NCBI GenBank assembly: GCA_030704615.1
Contig: CM060732.1
Location: 5,518,001 to 5,582,000, forward strand
Length of the DNA stretch: 64,000 nucleotides
Direction of reading: 5' to 3'
Source of the DNA: Takakia lepidozioides
Taxonomy: Eukaryota > Plantae > Bryophyta
Shown piece after piece: positions 12,301 to 24,574 of this stretch; within the stretch, counting starts at the first letter, position 1, and each line of letters opens with the position of its first letter. The notes below the pieces were generated by a model, which worked only from the letters and a program-made list of their open reading frames with translations, was not told the DNA's origin and did no database searches. A program made the position numbers and the translations under genes.

Positions 12301-15002
12301 CTTGTGTTGCTCCCTTGCTTTCAATCCAGCCTGTCTCATTGTATCTTCAAGGCCCTCTTGACTCTTTGGCCCCTCAGCAAGTTTGTAAGCTTCCCCCGCC
12401 ATGCGTTGGGCCTCAACAATATCATGCTGCCAAAAGAACCAAAACAGTTCATAACATGAACCAGAGGTGAATCTTGTCTATGGATGCAAAGAATGAAACT
12501 TGGTTAAGACATGATGTTACCTTGTACAAAATCTCTGTCATTGCATGGACTGTCAGGTTATACCAAGTCTTTCCTGCTTTCTTGATGCATTCGTCGTATT
12601 GCTCTTTCCTCAATACATTCTTCCATTCAGAGACAGGTGTAAGGCCAATCATATTGACCTTGCAAACCAAGTGCACAAATTTGGATGTAACATGTGCCCT
12701 CTCTGTTGCCCTGCACATATAAAATATGATCATTAGAAAGAAGATGTGTATATGTACATCCATTGAGCAAGAACATGACAACATTGAACATGAAAGTAAA
12801 TGAAGAATAGAAAGGGAAACTCACACATTCACTCCATCCATGATGGACCTGAGGGAACCACGATTTTCAATGTCCGCATTGAGCACCCAACTTGTCACAC
12901 AGACATGTCTTGACAAGTTGGCCCCATGAACTTCATTGATATAGGGATACCATGCTTGAAGCCTATGATTCCCATCCCAGACATGAAACATCTTCCCCCG
13001 AAGATGATGCAACTTTGGCTTGGACTCAAGATACTTCTCAAACTCATCATTGACTGTTTTCCAATGACTATCCCATGTAGAGATGATCAGGATCAGGACC
13101 TACATCTACAGTAGATCCATCAATCCCCTCAACAGAAACATAGAACACGGCTGCTCCTGGATGGTATCCAGAATAGAAGTCTCCTCTAAGCTTTAGGATG
13201 TCGTTGGCAAGGGCGGGCCTAACAACCTGCATAGAAATCATGCGACACAATGGAATGTCCATAACTCCATCCTCAATGAGGAGGGACCTGAAAGTTACAT
13301 TCAGATCTTGTTTCTTTTCCAGAATAATTGCCTGTTTGGCATCTAGAGAAAGAGGATCACTAGATGTTGTATCCTCTTCATACTCATCTGCCCCCCAATT
13401 CCCTGCATCAATGTCGTCAATAATGGTTGCAAGCGTCCCGCCTCCACAGCTTCAGTTGTAGTAGTAATTTCCTAATTCCATAGACCAAAACAGTTCAAGA
13501 TGTCAGTGTATGAGAAGAGCACATGTGTGAATGTATAATATGTAAAAAGAGCAGTTCAGTGTCATGGTTGCATGAAGAAAACAAATGAATTTGGATAGTC
13601 AACTAATTCCATGAATATCCTTGTCTTTCAAAGCTTACAACTTGGAGCAGAATACAGGCGTGAGCATCCCGACAGAGGACCTCCGACCACCTACGCCGGC
13701 GCATATGACACATATGTGCAACCAACTCAAAATTTGACAAGATTTGAGGCCCTTGAAGAAATTTTGCTCAAGGAGCTCCAAGCATATGCGCCGGCGCATA
13801 CCATGGAAGGGAGGTTGTAGCCAAACATACAGGAGCACCTTGAAAGATCAACTAGGCCTATGGAAGCATGTGGAGTGTGGAGGTGGCAACGTAGAAGCTT
13901 TGAGATACTTGAATACTGTGATCAACCAAAATAGGGAAGGTTCCCCAAGCGTCTGCGCCGACGGAGGTGGCAGCCTCGACACTTTGGAGCTTACGTAACA
14001 CAAGGAATATACAACAAAAAACCAAGCTCCAGCATCTCCGCCGGCGGAGATGCTTGCATGAGGTTCCTGAAACCTAGGAGCTAAGCAAAAAAAGATTGTG
14101 CTCAATGGGTATGCGCCGGCGGATATGGCAGCCCAGCCCGCTCGGAGCATCAACAACTTATGAGAATGCGGAGAAACAAAAGAGATGGAAGGGGGGGGAG
14201 AACTTCCTGAAATATGTGAGCAGCCCTGCTGCACGGGTCTGTGTTGACAGAGGTGGCAGCCTTGGCGCTTTGGAGCTTCCGTAACACAGGGAATATGCAA
14301 AAAAACCAAGCTCCAAGTGTCTCCGCCGGTGGAGACGCTTGCAGGAGGTTCCTGAAACCTATGATCTGAGCAAAAAAGAATGTACTCAATGGGTATGCGC
14401 CGGCGGATATGCCAGCGCAGCCCACTCGGAGCATCAGCATGCGGAAAAACAAGGAAGATGGAAAAGGGGAGAACTTCCTGAAACATTTGAGCAGCCCTGC
14501 TGCACAGGTATGCGCCAGCGGATACGCCAGCCCAACCCGCTCGGAGCATCAGCAACGTATGAGCATGCAAAAAAATAAACGGGATGGGAGTAGAGGAGCA
14601 CTTCCTGAAACATGCGAGCATCCCAGCTCCAACGGTATGCGCCGGCGGAGGTGGCAGCCCAGCCCTTCCAAGCATCAGAAAAAACCAAGGGGAATGAGCT
14701 GTCTCCGCGGCGGAGACGGTTGTGTGTATGTGTGGAGATTCGCAAACTTGTGAGACTTGAAGTGACTTAGGCATCTGCGCCGGCGGATGTGCTAGATAAG
14801 GAGCAGCTTGGTGGAAGTGACTTAGGCGCTGCGCCGCGGATGTGCTAGATAAGTAGCAGCTTGGTGGGGCTTCGCGATGGCGCATTGCCTAAGTGCAGGT
14901 CATGAAAACAACAAAACTACAGCTTCCTGCTCCCGTTCCACCACCTCTACCACCACCACCACCAGCAACGCCTCCCCCTCGAGTGTCCTTCTTCCTCCCC
15001 AT
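9330..15002 (-). pseudogene. Multi-exon gene: ParB/Srx-like domain plus beta-class N4/N6 DNA methyltransferase-like domain (MULE-A copy, frameshifted; first exon tentative)
   Basis: Exons encode IPLCRMISMQVVRPAL..GKMFHVWDGNHRLQAW (12.8-13.3 kb), VDMIIVDCPTG..WEYAF..LLDDNGCLV (10.4-10.7 kb), WRGARDRSPAFMQVLLETCSPPGSRILDLIAGTG (10.03-10.3 kb) and STFIAARESGRHVFGLEGD (9.85-9.93 kb). GT-AG introns; collinear with the MULE-B gene. Confidence 0.8.
13690..14842. repeat. Array of ~12 CGCCGGCG-centred palindromes within a longer degenerate tandem repeat
   Basis: AGCATCTCCGCCGGCGGAGATGCT (14031-14054) is a perfect 24-bp palindrome. TATGCGCCGGCG(C/G)A occurs at ~13786, 14110, 14394 and 14636. Confidence 0.85.
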
Positions 15003-16046
15003 CGCCGCAAACAGCTCGTTGCCTCGGGGTGGTATAGTATAAGGCCGAGATGCGGCGCCTCCATCTCCTCTTCGCAACGGGAGTCTCCAGGGTGTAGAGA
15101 CTAGAGACGTGTTAAGTGCTTGTGTAGTTTGTGTGTGTTTGTTTGGGGGAGTGGCAAGGGATAATGTGCAAGTATACTAGACTACGTTAGTGTAGTAATG
15201 ATACCGGGTTAGTCATGTAGTAATGGCAACAAGTTTAACTGAATAAAAATAGTTTATTAACAAAAAAAGTAGAGGTAGTTTCATTGAATAGAGCATGGCT
15301 TGTTGGTAAGGTTGTGGTGTATTTTCCACAAGGTTGCGGGTTCAAACCTGCCCCCGTCAAGGAGAGCGGGGGAAAAGGGGGGCGAGGGCGGAAGGCAAAG
15401 GCCAAATTGGCCAAATCTGAAATGTGAACCTTTTTTATACACTCTGGCGTTAGTGTTTTTTGGACTACATGGGTTACACGTGGATCCTCAGAAGATGGTT
15501 GTACGATTGACATGTTACTTTGTGGCGGCGCCTTCATAATACAATATAAAGTAAGTGATAAAGTAACTAAATATTTTGTTATGGGTGTCTTAATCAATTT
15601 ATTGGTTTTAGAGCCAATTGTCGCCACAAATACTTGTACTCATTACTCATATATGAGTAATCAAAGAACAAATCAACATACATGTCATGGGATTTGATGC
15701 CGTCTAGTGTGTCAGTTCATAGTTGGACGATTAATCAACGATTGGTTGTAAAATAAATGGAAACATGCAAAGCATTTATGTTTCATATGCTCATAAGAAG
15801 AAGGCAGTACATTGGATTCTAAGATCTCAACAACGGCGCCGTCGTCTTAAAAATAGGGGATAGTCCATTTAGTTGTTTCTGTCAGAGAATAATATGGATG
15901 GAGCACATGCCTCAAAAAATTTGCACCTTCTGGATTGATGATACACATAAGTAATGTAAGCCATTTAATGTATTTGCATAAGGTCTTGCAAGATGTGCGC
16001 TTTCATTCATTTTGCATCTTCTCTCAAACTTTGAGGGCATTGCCAA

Positions 16047-19000
16047 ATGTCTACACCAAAATATGCAGTGCTTTCATGTCCACCTGATGCAAAAGTGGTT
16101 CGTTATCCTTGCAATGGAAACAAGTGCATTATCCCAGAACCTTGGTTATGCAATAGATTCAAACTTGTTCCGGGTTCAGTTTTTTTGGAGGATGATGGAG
16201 ATGATGATGCCTCCACAGTGTTGCTTCTAGTTTTCAATGACGGCCAAAAGCAATGGGAGTTGTTTCCAGACACTTTCTCTAAGTACCGTGTCACAGGTAC
16301 GAGCTATACACAGTCACATGATGAGAGGCACACTTCTATTGCAAGAAAGAACGATCAAGCTGCAACAAATGGGAGATGTAAATTGAAGGAGGAGGTTGCA
16401 GATTCGGCGAGCTTGGGGTCTCATAATTCGGATTGTGTTGAGGTTTCTAAGAGTGTATTTTGTGGATCTCAACCTTCCTCATCTACTCATACGGTCTTGC
16501 TTCACGACATGAAGCCTCGGAAAACTCCATTGGACAACACCACGTCTGATTGTTGCGAATCTGCGAGGGGTTTATCTTCATCTCCACGACTAGCAGGGGA
16601 GGCTACATCTGCATTTCCTTCTGGTGTGTTGTCCATTTTGAGTATCTTGGCCACTGCTCGGAGGAATGGATCAAAATGAGAGCTTTCTACCTTGGACTAT
16701 AGTCACATTCCAGTGCATCGTGTTCGGTGTCTTCCTCGAGCTTTTGATGGAAAAGTGATCCACGAACTCCCCCCCGTGGTCAAACTACGTACGGACCGTG
16801 GTTCACAGTCCCTCCAAGGCATGGACCGCAAGTTTGATGGTCATCCTTGGTGCAAGACCAATACCTACAATATGTCTGGTGTTCCAATCATGTGAAATGT
16901 AGTAAGGTTCTTTGTGTTGGAAAGCTCATATGTCAAAGCAGCACTTGCCCCTTCTTCAAGAAAGAAGGAGAACGGAATGACCGCTATTGGGAAGGCAATG
17001 CAAACAAGGTGTTCATTGCAGGAGCCCAAGTTCCATTCAACCAGTTCAAGTGTAGTTTCTGCAAAGAAAGACCTTTCTGTGAGGCGCATTGTGGGGCAAG
17101 AATGTACTATGTCACAAGTTCCCTTCCAACATATACACGTGTTGCAGTTCACGTTGGGTTTCATAACCATCCATGTGCCAAGGGCGAGAATAGAGAGGCT
17201 GCGGAAAATGCATCAAGCATGATTCAAGAGCACGTTAAGATGAAGCCATGGTCGACCCCGGGAGCTATTTCCTTGTCAATGGCCCAAAAGCTCTTGATTG
17301 ATCGAGTTCTTGTGGCTGATGGCACAGAGACAGTACGTCTTGAGGGAGAGGCTTTGGAAGATATTCTTGAAGAGTTTGCCCATGTTTGTAGCCCCAATGT
17401 GAAAAACAAGGTCGCATCTGCACGTGTCAATTCCATCATGTCCATATTGGAGTTGAAGCGTCTGAGTACATACCATTTCATTCACAGCAATCTCCTTCCA
17501 GGCCAGCATACTTCTCATCTCCCCCATGTTTTCAAGATGTCTGTTGCTGGTCCCGGGAGTGGTGTTGATCTTGTGCGTCGCATGAGTGAGGGGGATCTAC
17601 GCACAAGTTGGGTAGTATTTGACCATGTCAAACGCATCAAGGATTGGACAACTCTTGCGTGTCATGTCTATGAACCATATGTCAAGCGAATGATGACCAT
17701 TGCCATTTGCGATATGAAAACAGAGGATGCAGATGCTCAGGTGTTATTCTGGGAGATGATCAATGAACAAGCAAAACTTGCTGGCTTGAACAAACCAAAT
17801 TTTGTTGGCTTCATGGTGGATGCAGCAGGAGCGAATTGGGCTGCTGTTCGAAGGGTTTATGGATCTGATCCCAATGTCCCAATGGAAGGTAAAGAAAGAA
17901 CATGTTTATATCATTGGGCTGAAAGCCTCCGAAGACACACCAACGACTATATCTTGGAGGACTTCCATGAACGGCACACTCAGCTCTGTTATGAATGGAA
18001 AGATAGTGCTACCTTGGAGGATGCTACAACCACATACATTGCAATTTGGGCTTGGTGGCTCTCTTCAAGAGCATGCACAGAAAAGAGTCTGCCAAAACTA
18101 GATTCATGGCTTGCATGGTGGCACTACAGATATCGAATGTGGGGCCAATGGATGAGAGAGGACATGGATGTGGAGGCAGATGCAGATATGCCTACCACTA
18201 ATTTGTCTGAGGCAGTCCATTCTGCTTGGTGGAAGACAGCAGGCAATGGGAAAAAAATGAAGGTGGATCTATATGAGGCCACCATGCATGACATGTCACG
18301 AGCTCTTTTGCAGCAGGCAACATTTTACAGGCACACCACAGGAAAGACATGGGGGACGGGGCCCGACAAAGAGGAGCTCATGTTGCGTCAAGCAGCTAGA
18401 TCTAATAGCCCAGCAAAAATGGGTAAGGTTGTACGTGGCATAGTAGTTGGAACACCCATGCACATAAGGGGGGTTCAATTGGAGGGAGACAATCGCACTA
18501 TTCCAGTCAAACGCAAGTTAGGCGATGAGCATGGTGGGCCAAACGAATCTTGGAGGTGTGATATGAATGTAAAGACTGTTCCAGTGTGCGCCACTGGGAT
18601 GCCCAGTCCACACCAGCCATCTAGGTTTGTCAGCTCCAAATCAAGTCATGACATTCCTGGTTCTTCGACTTTCTGTGAGACAAATCCACATGTTGCTATC
18701 CCTCCACAGCCAATGCAATGGGGAAATCCAGTGAGAGAGACACAAGACTTTTCCGATGCATTGTTCAGGATTCAGCGGACAGGTCCTGCTTCCATGGTTC
18801 GTTGTTCTGCCTTGGTTGGAGTTTCCAAAGATAAATGCAAAGCGCTCATCAGGAAAGGTAAAGGAAGTCCTGCACCTTGCTTCACTGGCAAGTTACTAGC
18901 ACCGAACATGAAAGAACCAAAACTGCAAGTTTTTTGGTTTTGCCCCACAGATGTTTTGTCGTGTGTTGGAGGGACCGTGCCATCCTATTGCTTGGGAAAA

Positions 19001-19588
19001 CCGGGTATACCTAACGTGTGGCCTGTGAAGGTTGGAACCAACCTTACACAAGAAGAGGTGGACAACTTGACCCTTGCAGGTTTTCGACTAGTCCATCCTC
19101 CCAACGTTCCTGATCCGAACTTTCATGTGGGACAACTTCCAGTGGAACAACATATGCATCAAGGTGTTGTCCTTCCCGTGGGTAAGTATCCCACTACACG
19201 CTATGGGGTGCGCATTCGGCGTCGGGATCCGACTCCTCGACACTTGAGTCGCCAAGAGTCAGCGGAGACTCTTATTGCTGAGGTTCGTGGATTCAGAAAC
19301 GTGCCTCAGCCAGGTTATGGGAGAATTTACCAGCTACAAACAGAGGGATCTACCAGAGCAGGATTGGTTTACAATGTATACATTGGTCAGTTTCCATCTT
19401 GTGACTGTCCCGACTTTGATGAGCTATCTGTCAAGAAGAAAAAACAAACATATCTACCTTGTAAGCACATGTACTTCATGTACAACGTGCATCTAGGATG
19501 CGCCGGGGCTTATGAGATCCACCAACCTTCCCTTAGCCAGTTAGAGGTTAGGGCTATGCTAAAGAAGGACCCTAGTTCAACTTCTTAG
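16047..19588 (+). pseudogene. Mutator-family transposase (GCM/WRKY-like DNA-binding domain, DDE core, SWIM finger); one stop and one frameshift near the 5' end
   Basis: DGHPWCKT..C..C..HNHP; VFDHVK, FMVDAA, CLYH (CxxH), TTNLSEAVH; SWIM CDCPDF..CKH. Confidence 0.88.
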
Positions 19589-19899
19589 TGACACATGAAA
19601 TGCACAAAAAAGAACCTCTAACTTGTGCCGTTCATTTTCATGCATGTGACATGTAATTATCTTGTTACTACTTTATTCCAAACATGACACATAGCATTTG
19701 TTAGTACAAAAGTTCCTATTTTGGTTAAAATGGAACTTGTGTCCATATTTTGGTTAATATGAAACTATTTTTCTTGAATACAAGTTTGCAAACTATTACT
19801 TTGGCCAGGGATCTTGTATTCTCTTCAGTTTAAGGTGGTGCATTAGTTGGAGTTAGTGGTCACATGCATCTTTGACCATTGACTACTGATTTTGTTAGC

Positions 19900-21878
19900 T
19901 AAAGAAGATGAAGTAACCTCCCCACTCTCACAGAGTGTAGCTACCAGCCTGAACACCTCAGCTGGTCTTACCCCCGGTGTCGCAATCATGGTAGCCGAGA
20001 ACAATAGAGCCTGGCACACAGATGTGGCTGCTCCTAGCAGCACACTAGCTGTCGTAGCCTTGGCAACACTAGGTAGTGATGCTACCCGTGTAGCTCTCCT
20101 CAATGGCATAGTAACCTCCGCCTCGGTAACAGTCGGGCGAGAACTAGGTGCCATGGATGGCGTTGACACTGTCTCCGCCAATGTGAATGACTGAGGAAGC
20201 CTAGCCTGACGGCTTGCCTCCCCACGCTGTGCATCCAACTCCACCTCTGCACCTCGTGGCTCAGGAACTTGTGCTGCTCCTCGAGTCACGGCTGCAGCAG
20301 ACTCCACCTGCACTAGTGGTAGTGCTGTTCCGCACATGAATCCCATGCCTCCCATATCTCCTCCCTCAAGAGCAGGAGGTGGACCATCCGGCCTTGGAGC
20401 CGGTACCACCTGAGCTATAGCCATGGCAGCGAGCCTCTGCTCTAGCTGCTGAAGCCGGTTGGCCATGCCTTGGTCAACACCCTGACCTCCACGTCCTTGG
20501 CCATGTTGAGCTTGCCCTTGGCCTGCACCTCGTGCCTGGCCAACTCGTCCTCTCTGGGCTGCTCCACCTCGCCCCCGGCCACCATTGTTCCCTTGGAACT
20601 GGCCTGGGCGCAACTCAGGATGCAAACCATAACACTGGGCCTCTCTATGCCCGTGCTTGCCACAATGCCCACACTGCAACTGTGCAAGCTGTGCATGTAC
20701 CGGCCCTTTGCCTCCCTCTAGACAATCCTTCTTGACGTGGGGTCCTCCACATGTCCAACACACCACATCTGCCCATTGTTGGCCTGCAAATGAAGGGAGA
20801 GACCCCTGCATCTGAGGTCCTCTCTGCCCTTCCCTGAGCTTCACCTGAGCCCCCTTGTTGCCTTGAGCACGTTGAGGTAGTGGTTGGCTAGGAGCACCAC
20901 TACCCCATGGTGTCTCCTTAGCAAATCCCACCATAACCACTCGTTCCTCCACCATGTTGAGCTCTATCCGCTCTGCTAGCAAAAACACATTTGCTAAGGT
21001 GGGTTGGGACGCTTGTAGGAGAGTTGCATCCCGCACCCTTCTCCTCACCTCCTTGTCCAATATCCCATACCATAATTGGACTGCCTGAGCTTCCGTAACC
21101 CCTTGGTTACATTTATCAAGCGCCTCATGCGAGTGAAAGCCTCCCTCAAGCTCTCGGTCGGCTTTCGTTGGAACTCTTGCAAGCTCCGCAACTTCTCTGT
21201 CCTCACCCCTTGGTAGTTCCCTCTCAACTCTTCGAAGAACTCCACAACAGGGTTGAAGGCAGGCACGGATACTAGTGCTGGTGCGGTAGTGGCTTGGGTG
21301 GACGTCGTAGCTACTGTACCACCAGTCCCACTAGTCCCACTGCTGCTTGCTGAAGCTACCGGTGCAGCAGCAGGTGTAGCCACTGCCCTCGTGGCTCTAG
21401 TGCCCCTAGTGATGGAGACATAGTCGGGTGACCAGTACATCCTCCACTCCTCGATCTCAACCTCGTGCCCCCGCCTGAACTCATGGTAATCATCCATAGG
21501 CAGCCCCTCAAGGTGCTGAAACAGCCCCTTCCATGCCATGAAAGGCGTAAATAGTTGTGGATTGCACATTTGCTGCAAATCACACCAACTATCAAACTCT
21601 TGGATAAAATCATCCAACTCGATGGTGCCCACCGCCCCAGAGTACCTTCGTGGCCCCTTGGTAGCTCCATACATCTCCTCCATTGTGTCCCACAACAATG
21701 GCAAGGAAACAACTTGCACCGCCGGTATGAGTCCTCCCGATTCACAATCCGAATCAAGACCTTCCGTAGAAGACACATGAGGTGAAGGTGGCCTAAACCG
21801 CACACCTCGTCTCGTGTACCCACTAGTATCGCTAGTGCTCGAACCGGCACTGTCCCCAGCAACTAGTGGCACCTCCAT
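19900..21878 (-). pseudogene. G2 gag with two CCHC zinc knuckles (frameshift near 21050-21100)
   Basis: Capsid-like FQRKPTESLREAFTRM; knuckles CWTCGGPHVKKDC and CGHCGKHGHREAQC; Gly/Arg/Gln-rich tract. Confidence 0.85.
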
Positions 21879-22559
21879 GTTGACAAACTGTCATTTAACC
21901 GGTCATGAACATGTCCCTAACCCCTCTCCACAAGGTAACCGGGTAGAGAACCTGTTGCGGCTTATGGTTTGGAATACTAGGTTCCTAACATAGCCTACAC
22001 CTGTACCTGCACCGCAAGCACTCCTATGGTTGGCTGGTCATCACCTCCAACCTCACCACAGGAGAATCAATGATGGTCTAGCTGGTCATCACCCCAACCT
22101 CACCATCGATAGCATGCTCTAGGACTGGCCGGTGATCAAATCCGGACCAATCACCTATAAAATCAAGCGCCCACACAAAACTAGCATGACGCACAGTCAA
22201 GCATGCAGGTATGGAGGGGATCCTAACACAAGAAATCAGAACGACAACTCCCCCACACCAAAAACAACTCCACGGTGTTGCTCCTGCAAGGACACCCCAG
22301 CCCAAACCCGGACTGACTCTTGCCTCCACCTACGGAAAGGTCTTGGCCTAATGAGAGGGTGGAAACTACGAGGAAGAGAAGCTAAAGCAATGCCTAACCC
22401 CAACATGCCCTCATCCCAACACTCTTCCTCTCCTCTCTTCCCTCACTTGCATGACCATGGGAATATCATGAAGATACTCCTCAAACCGCCCTCCACGAGC
22501 TCAAAATTCAGCCTTCAAGACCACATGCCAGTCCTTAGGCAGTCTACCAGTGCCTCCAC

Positions 22560-22961
22560 GAGTCAGCACAGGCCGTCCACAGGTCAACACGGGCCACCAC
22601 AGACTAGCACAGGCCCACACAGCTCACTGGTCACAGCCGTCACAGCCCCACACAGGCCACAGCCTGTCACAACCCTACACAGGTCACAGGGTCACAGCCC
22701 CACAGGCCGCAGCCTGTCACAGCCCTACAAAGGTCACAGGGTCACAGCCCGTCACAGCCCCATAGGCCACAGGGCACAGCCTGTCACAGCCCGTCACAGC
22801 CCGTCACAGCTCCACAGGCCACATGGCACAGCCTGTCACAGCCTGTCACAGCCCTACACAGATCACAGGGGTCACAGCCCCAAAGGCCACAGCCCCTCAC
22901 AGCCCCTCACAGCCCCACAGGCCACATGACACAGCCTATCACAGCCCTACACAGGTCACAG
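22560..22961 (+). repeat. CACAGCC-based satellite in the G2 leader, left part
   Basis: Degenerate tandem (GT)CACAGCC units; continues at 46990 on the other side of G3. Confidence 0.9.
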
Positions 22962-22966
22962 GGGTC

Positions 22967-23965
22967 TGTTAGAGGACTGTCTTAGGACTTAGGCACTTTT
23001 ACGGGATCTGTGGGGTACCCTTAATTTTTGCACAGACTGAGACCAACATGAGCCTTAGGGGTGACAGCAGTGCACTTTAGGAGGGGGTTACACAGCCCGT
23101 CACAGTCCGACACAACCCGTCACAGCCAACACAGCTCGTCACAGTCCAACACAGCCCGTCACAGTCCGACACAACCACACAGCCAGTCATAGTCAACACA
23201 GCCAGTCACAGCCCGACACAGCCCAACACAGTCGCACAGCCAGTCACAGCCCGACACAGCCGGTCACAGTTTCACACAGCCAGTCACAGCTTGACACAGC
23301 TGTCACGACCATAGGGAACGGATAGCAGGACAAGGAACGACTGTGGGGAACAACATCTGCGAATGGAACATGTTAGTTCACGGATGACGGTTAGTGAGGG
23401 AAACGGTTAGAACAACGGGTAGGAAGATAAAGCCAGGAGCAAAGACTGGAAAAGGATCAATTATGGGGGAGCACTTCTTGGGGGGGACTTCGGACATCAC
23501 TGGGGAAAATGAGGCAGAGAGCGCATCTCTGAGCAGAAAGAGGGAGAGCACGGAGTAGGAGGAGGACGATCTGTTGATGCTTGATGAATGCAAGCAGTAG
23601 AGTTGTAATGTAGAGCAGATTAGAGACTCCATGGCTTCAGCCTGATACTTGATAGATATTAATCTTATACATACTTCATACTCACACTGTGTAGAGAGAT
23701 CTGAGTGAAGCAGTGGAATGAATGGATGAGTTGATGGAATCCGATAGATTGCTAAAGCAAACTGATACTTAATTACCAACAGTAAGGTAACTAGCTAACA
23801 TGAATACGGGAAGGAAAACAAATAGGAAACACCCCCATGATACACTAGCTGTAGGTCATGACTGATTGTTCTGAGCGGGCTGAGTGCTTAGAGATTTCCA
23901 ACTCTTCTATCTTGGAGTTTCCGCCTCGGATAGCGAAGGGATGGGTGAGTAAAAGCCGCGCGACA
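22967..23965 (+). repeat. G3 5' LTR
   Basis: TGTTAGAGG...GCGCGACA; highly similar to 45988-46984; contains a CACAGCC array at ~23090-23305. Confidence 0.96.
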
Positions 23966-23967
23966 TT

Positions 23968-23985
23968 TGGCGACCATACTGGGGA
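23968..23985 (+). promoter_or_regulatory. Primer-binding site of G3
   Basis: TGGCGACCATACTGGGGA two bases after the LTR end. Confidence 0.85.
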
Positions 23986-23992
23986 ACTGGGT

Positions 23993-24553
23993 CATGAACA
24001 ACCAGATGTGACAGGCATCTGGTGGGATCATGGTGGTTGGAGAATTAAAGAATTTGATGTGAATCAAATTCCTTGTGAAACTGAGAAGGAAAGATTGTCC
24101 AAACGATTCTTTCAGAGGTTCTTGGAATTGCCAGACGGTTGTAAAGAAAACATTCTTAAGAGAGTGCATGATGCTGACCCTGAATGGGGTATGGAGAAAG
24201 GAGTGATAAAGATTTATCAGGTGGCCTGTAGAGGAAGAGCACGTTGGTTACCAACACTGGTTTATGTGATAGCATTGCTATCCATTAAGCGAGTAGAGTT
24301 TGAAGGTTGGGAGGAAAGAAAGGTGAATGTTTTTATTCATATGCATGAAGAGCTTGTACTGGTAAAGAATTGGATTCCAAAGGATATTTTGTGGATCAAA
24401 CTCACACCAAGAACAACTTTCCAGACTTGTTTGCCATATGGTTATATGGTAACGGAGACTTCTAGTATAGCCAAAGGTGCATTGAAGCTTGAAAGAAACC
24501 CAGGCATATACGAGAGATATTACAGAAGAGAGTTTTGGTTATTGCCACATTAA
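23993..24553 (+). CDS. G3 extra ORF upstream of gag, unknown function (start uncertain)
   Basis: Open frame between PBS and gag. A homologous remnant in G1 (WGLKGGVI / WGMEKGVI, WIPKD) indicates coding conservation. Confidence 0.55.
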   Translation, partial: HEQPDVTGIWWDHGGWRIKEFDVNQIPCETEKERLSKRFFQRFLELPDGCKENILKRVHDADPEWGMEKGVIKIYQVACRGRARWLPTLVYVIALLSIKRVEFEGWEERKVNVFIHMHEELVLVKNWIPKDILWIKLTPRTTFQTCLPYGYMVTETSSIAKGALKLERNPGIYERYYRREFWLLPH

Positions 24554-24574
24554 AAGAAATGAAAGACATGGGAC

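Larger units (their letters stand above)
8384..19900. mobile_element. Mutator-like DNA transposon MULE-A carrying a ParB-methyltransferase gene (ends approximate)
   Basis: Interrupts G2 between gag and protease; same two-gene divergent layout as MULE-B. No TSD or TIR is recognisable, and flanking G2 protease sequence is deleted. Confidence 0.75.

Noticed and set aside
13848-14885. 345-aa minus-strand ORF
   Set aside because: It is a translation of the GC-rich palindromic tandem repeat, with no counterpart in MULE-B.
8384-19900. TSD and TIRs for MULE-A
   Set aside because: No matching direct or inverted repeats were found at the junctions; part of the host protease is missing, so at least one end is probably deleted.
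22132-22929. His/Ser/Pro-rich ORFs (also 46048-46353 and 46877-47644)
   Set aside because: These are read-through of the CACAGCC satellite.
23378-23779. Duplicated 130-133-aa ORF (also 46406-46798)
   Set aside because: It is duplicated only because it lies in the two G3 LTRs; it has no protein-like motifs.
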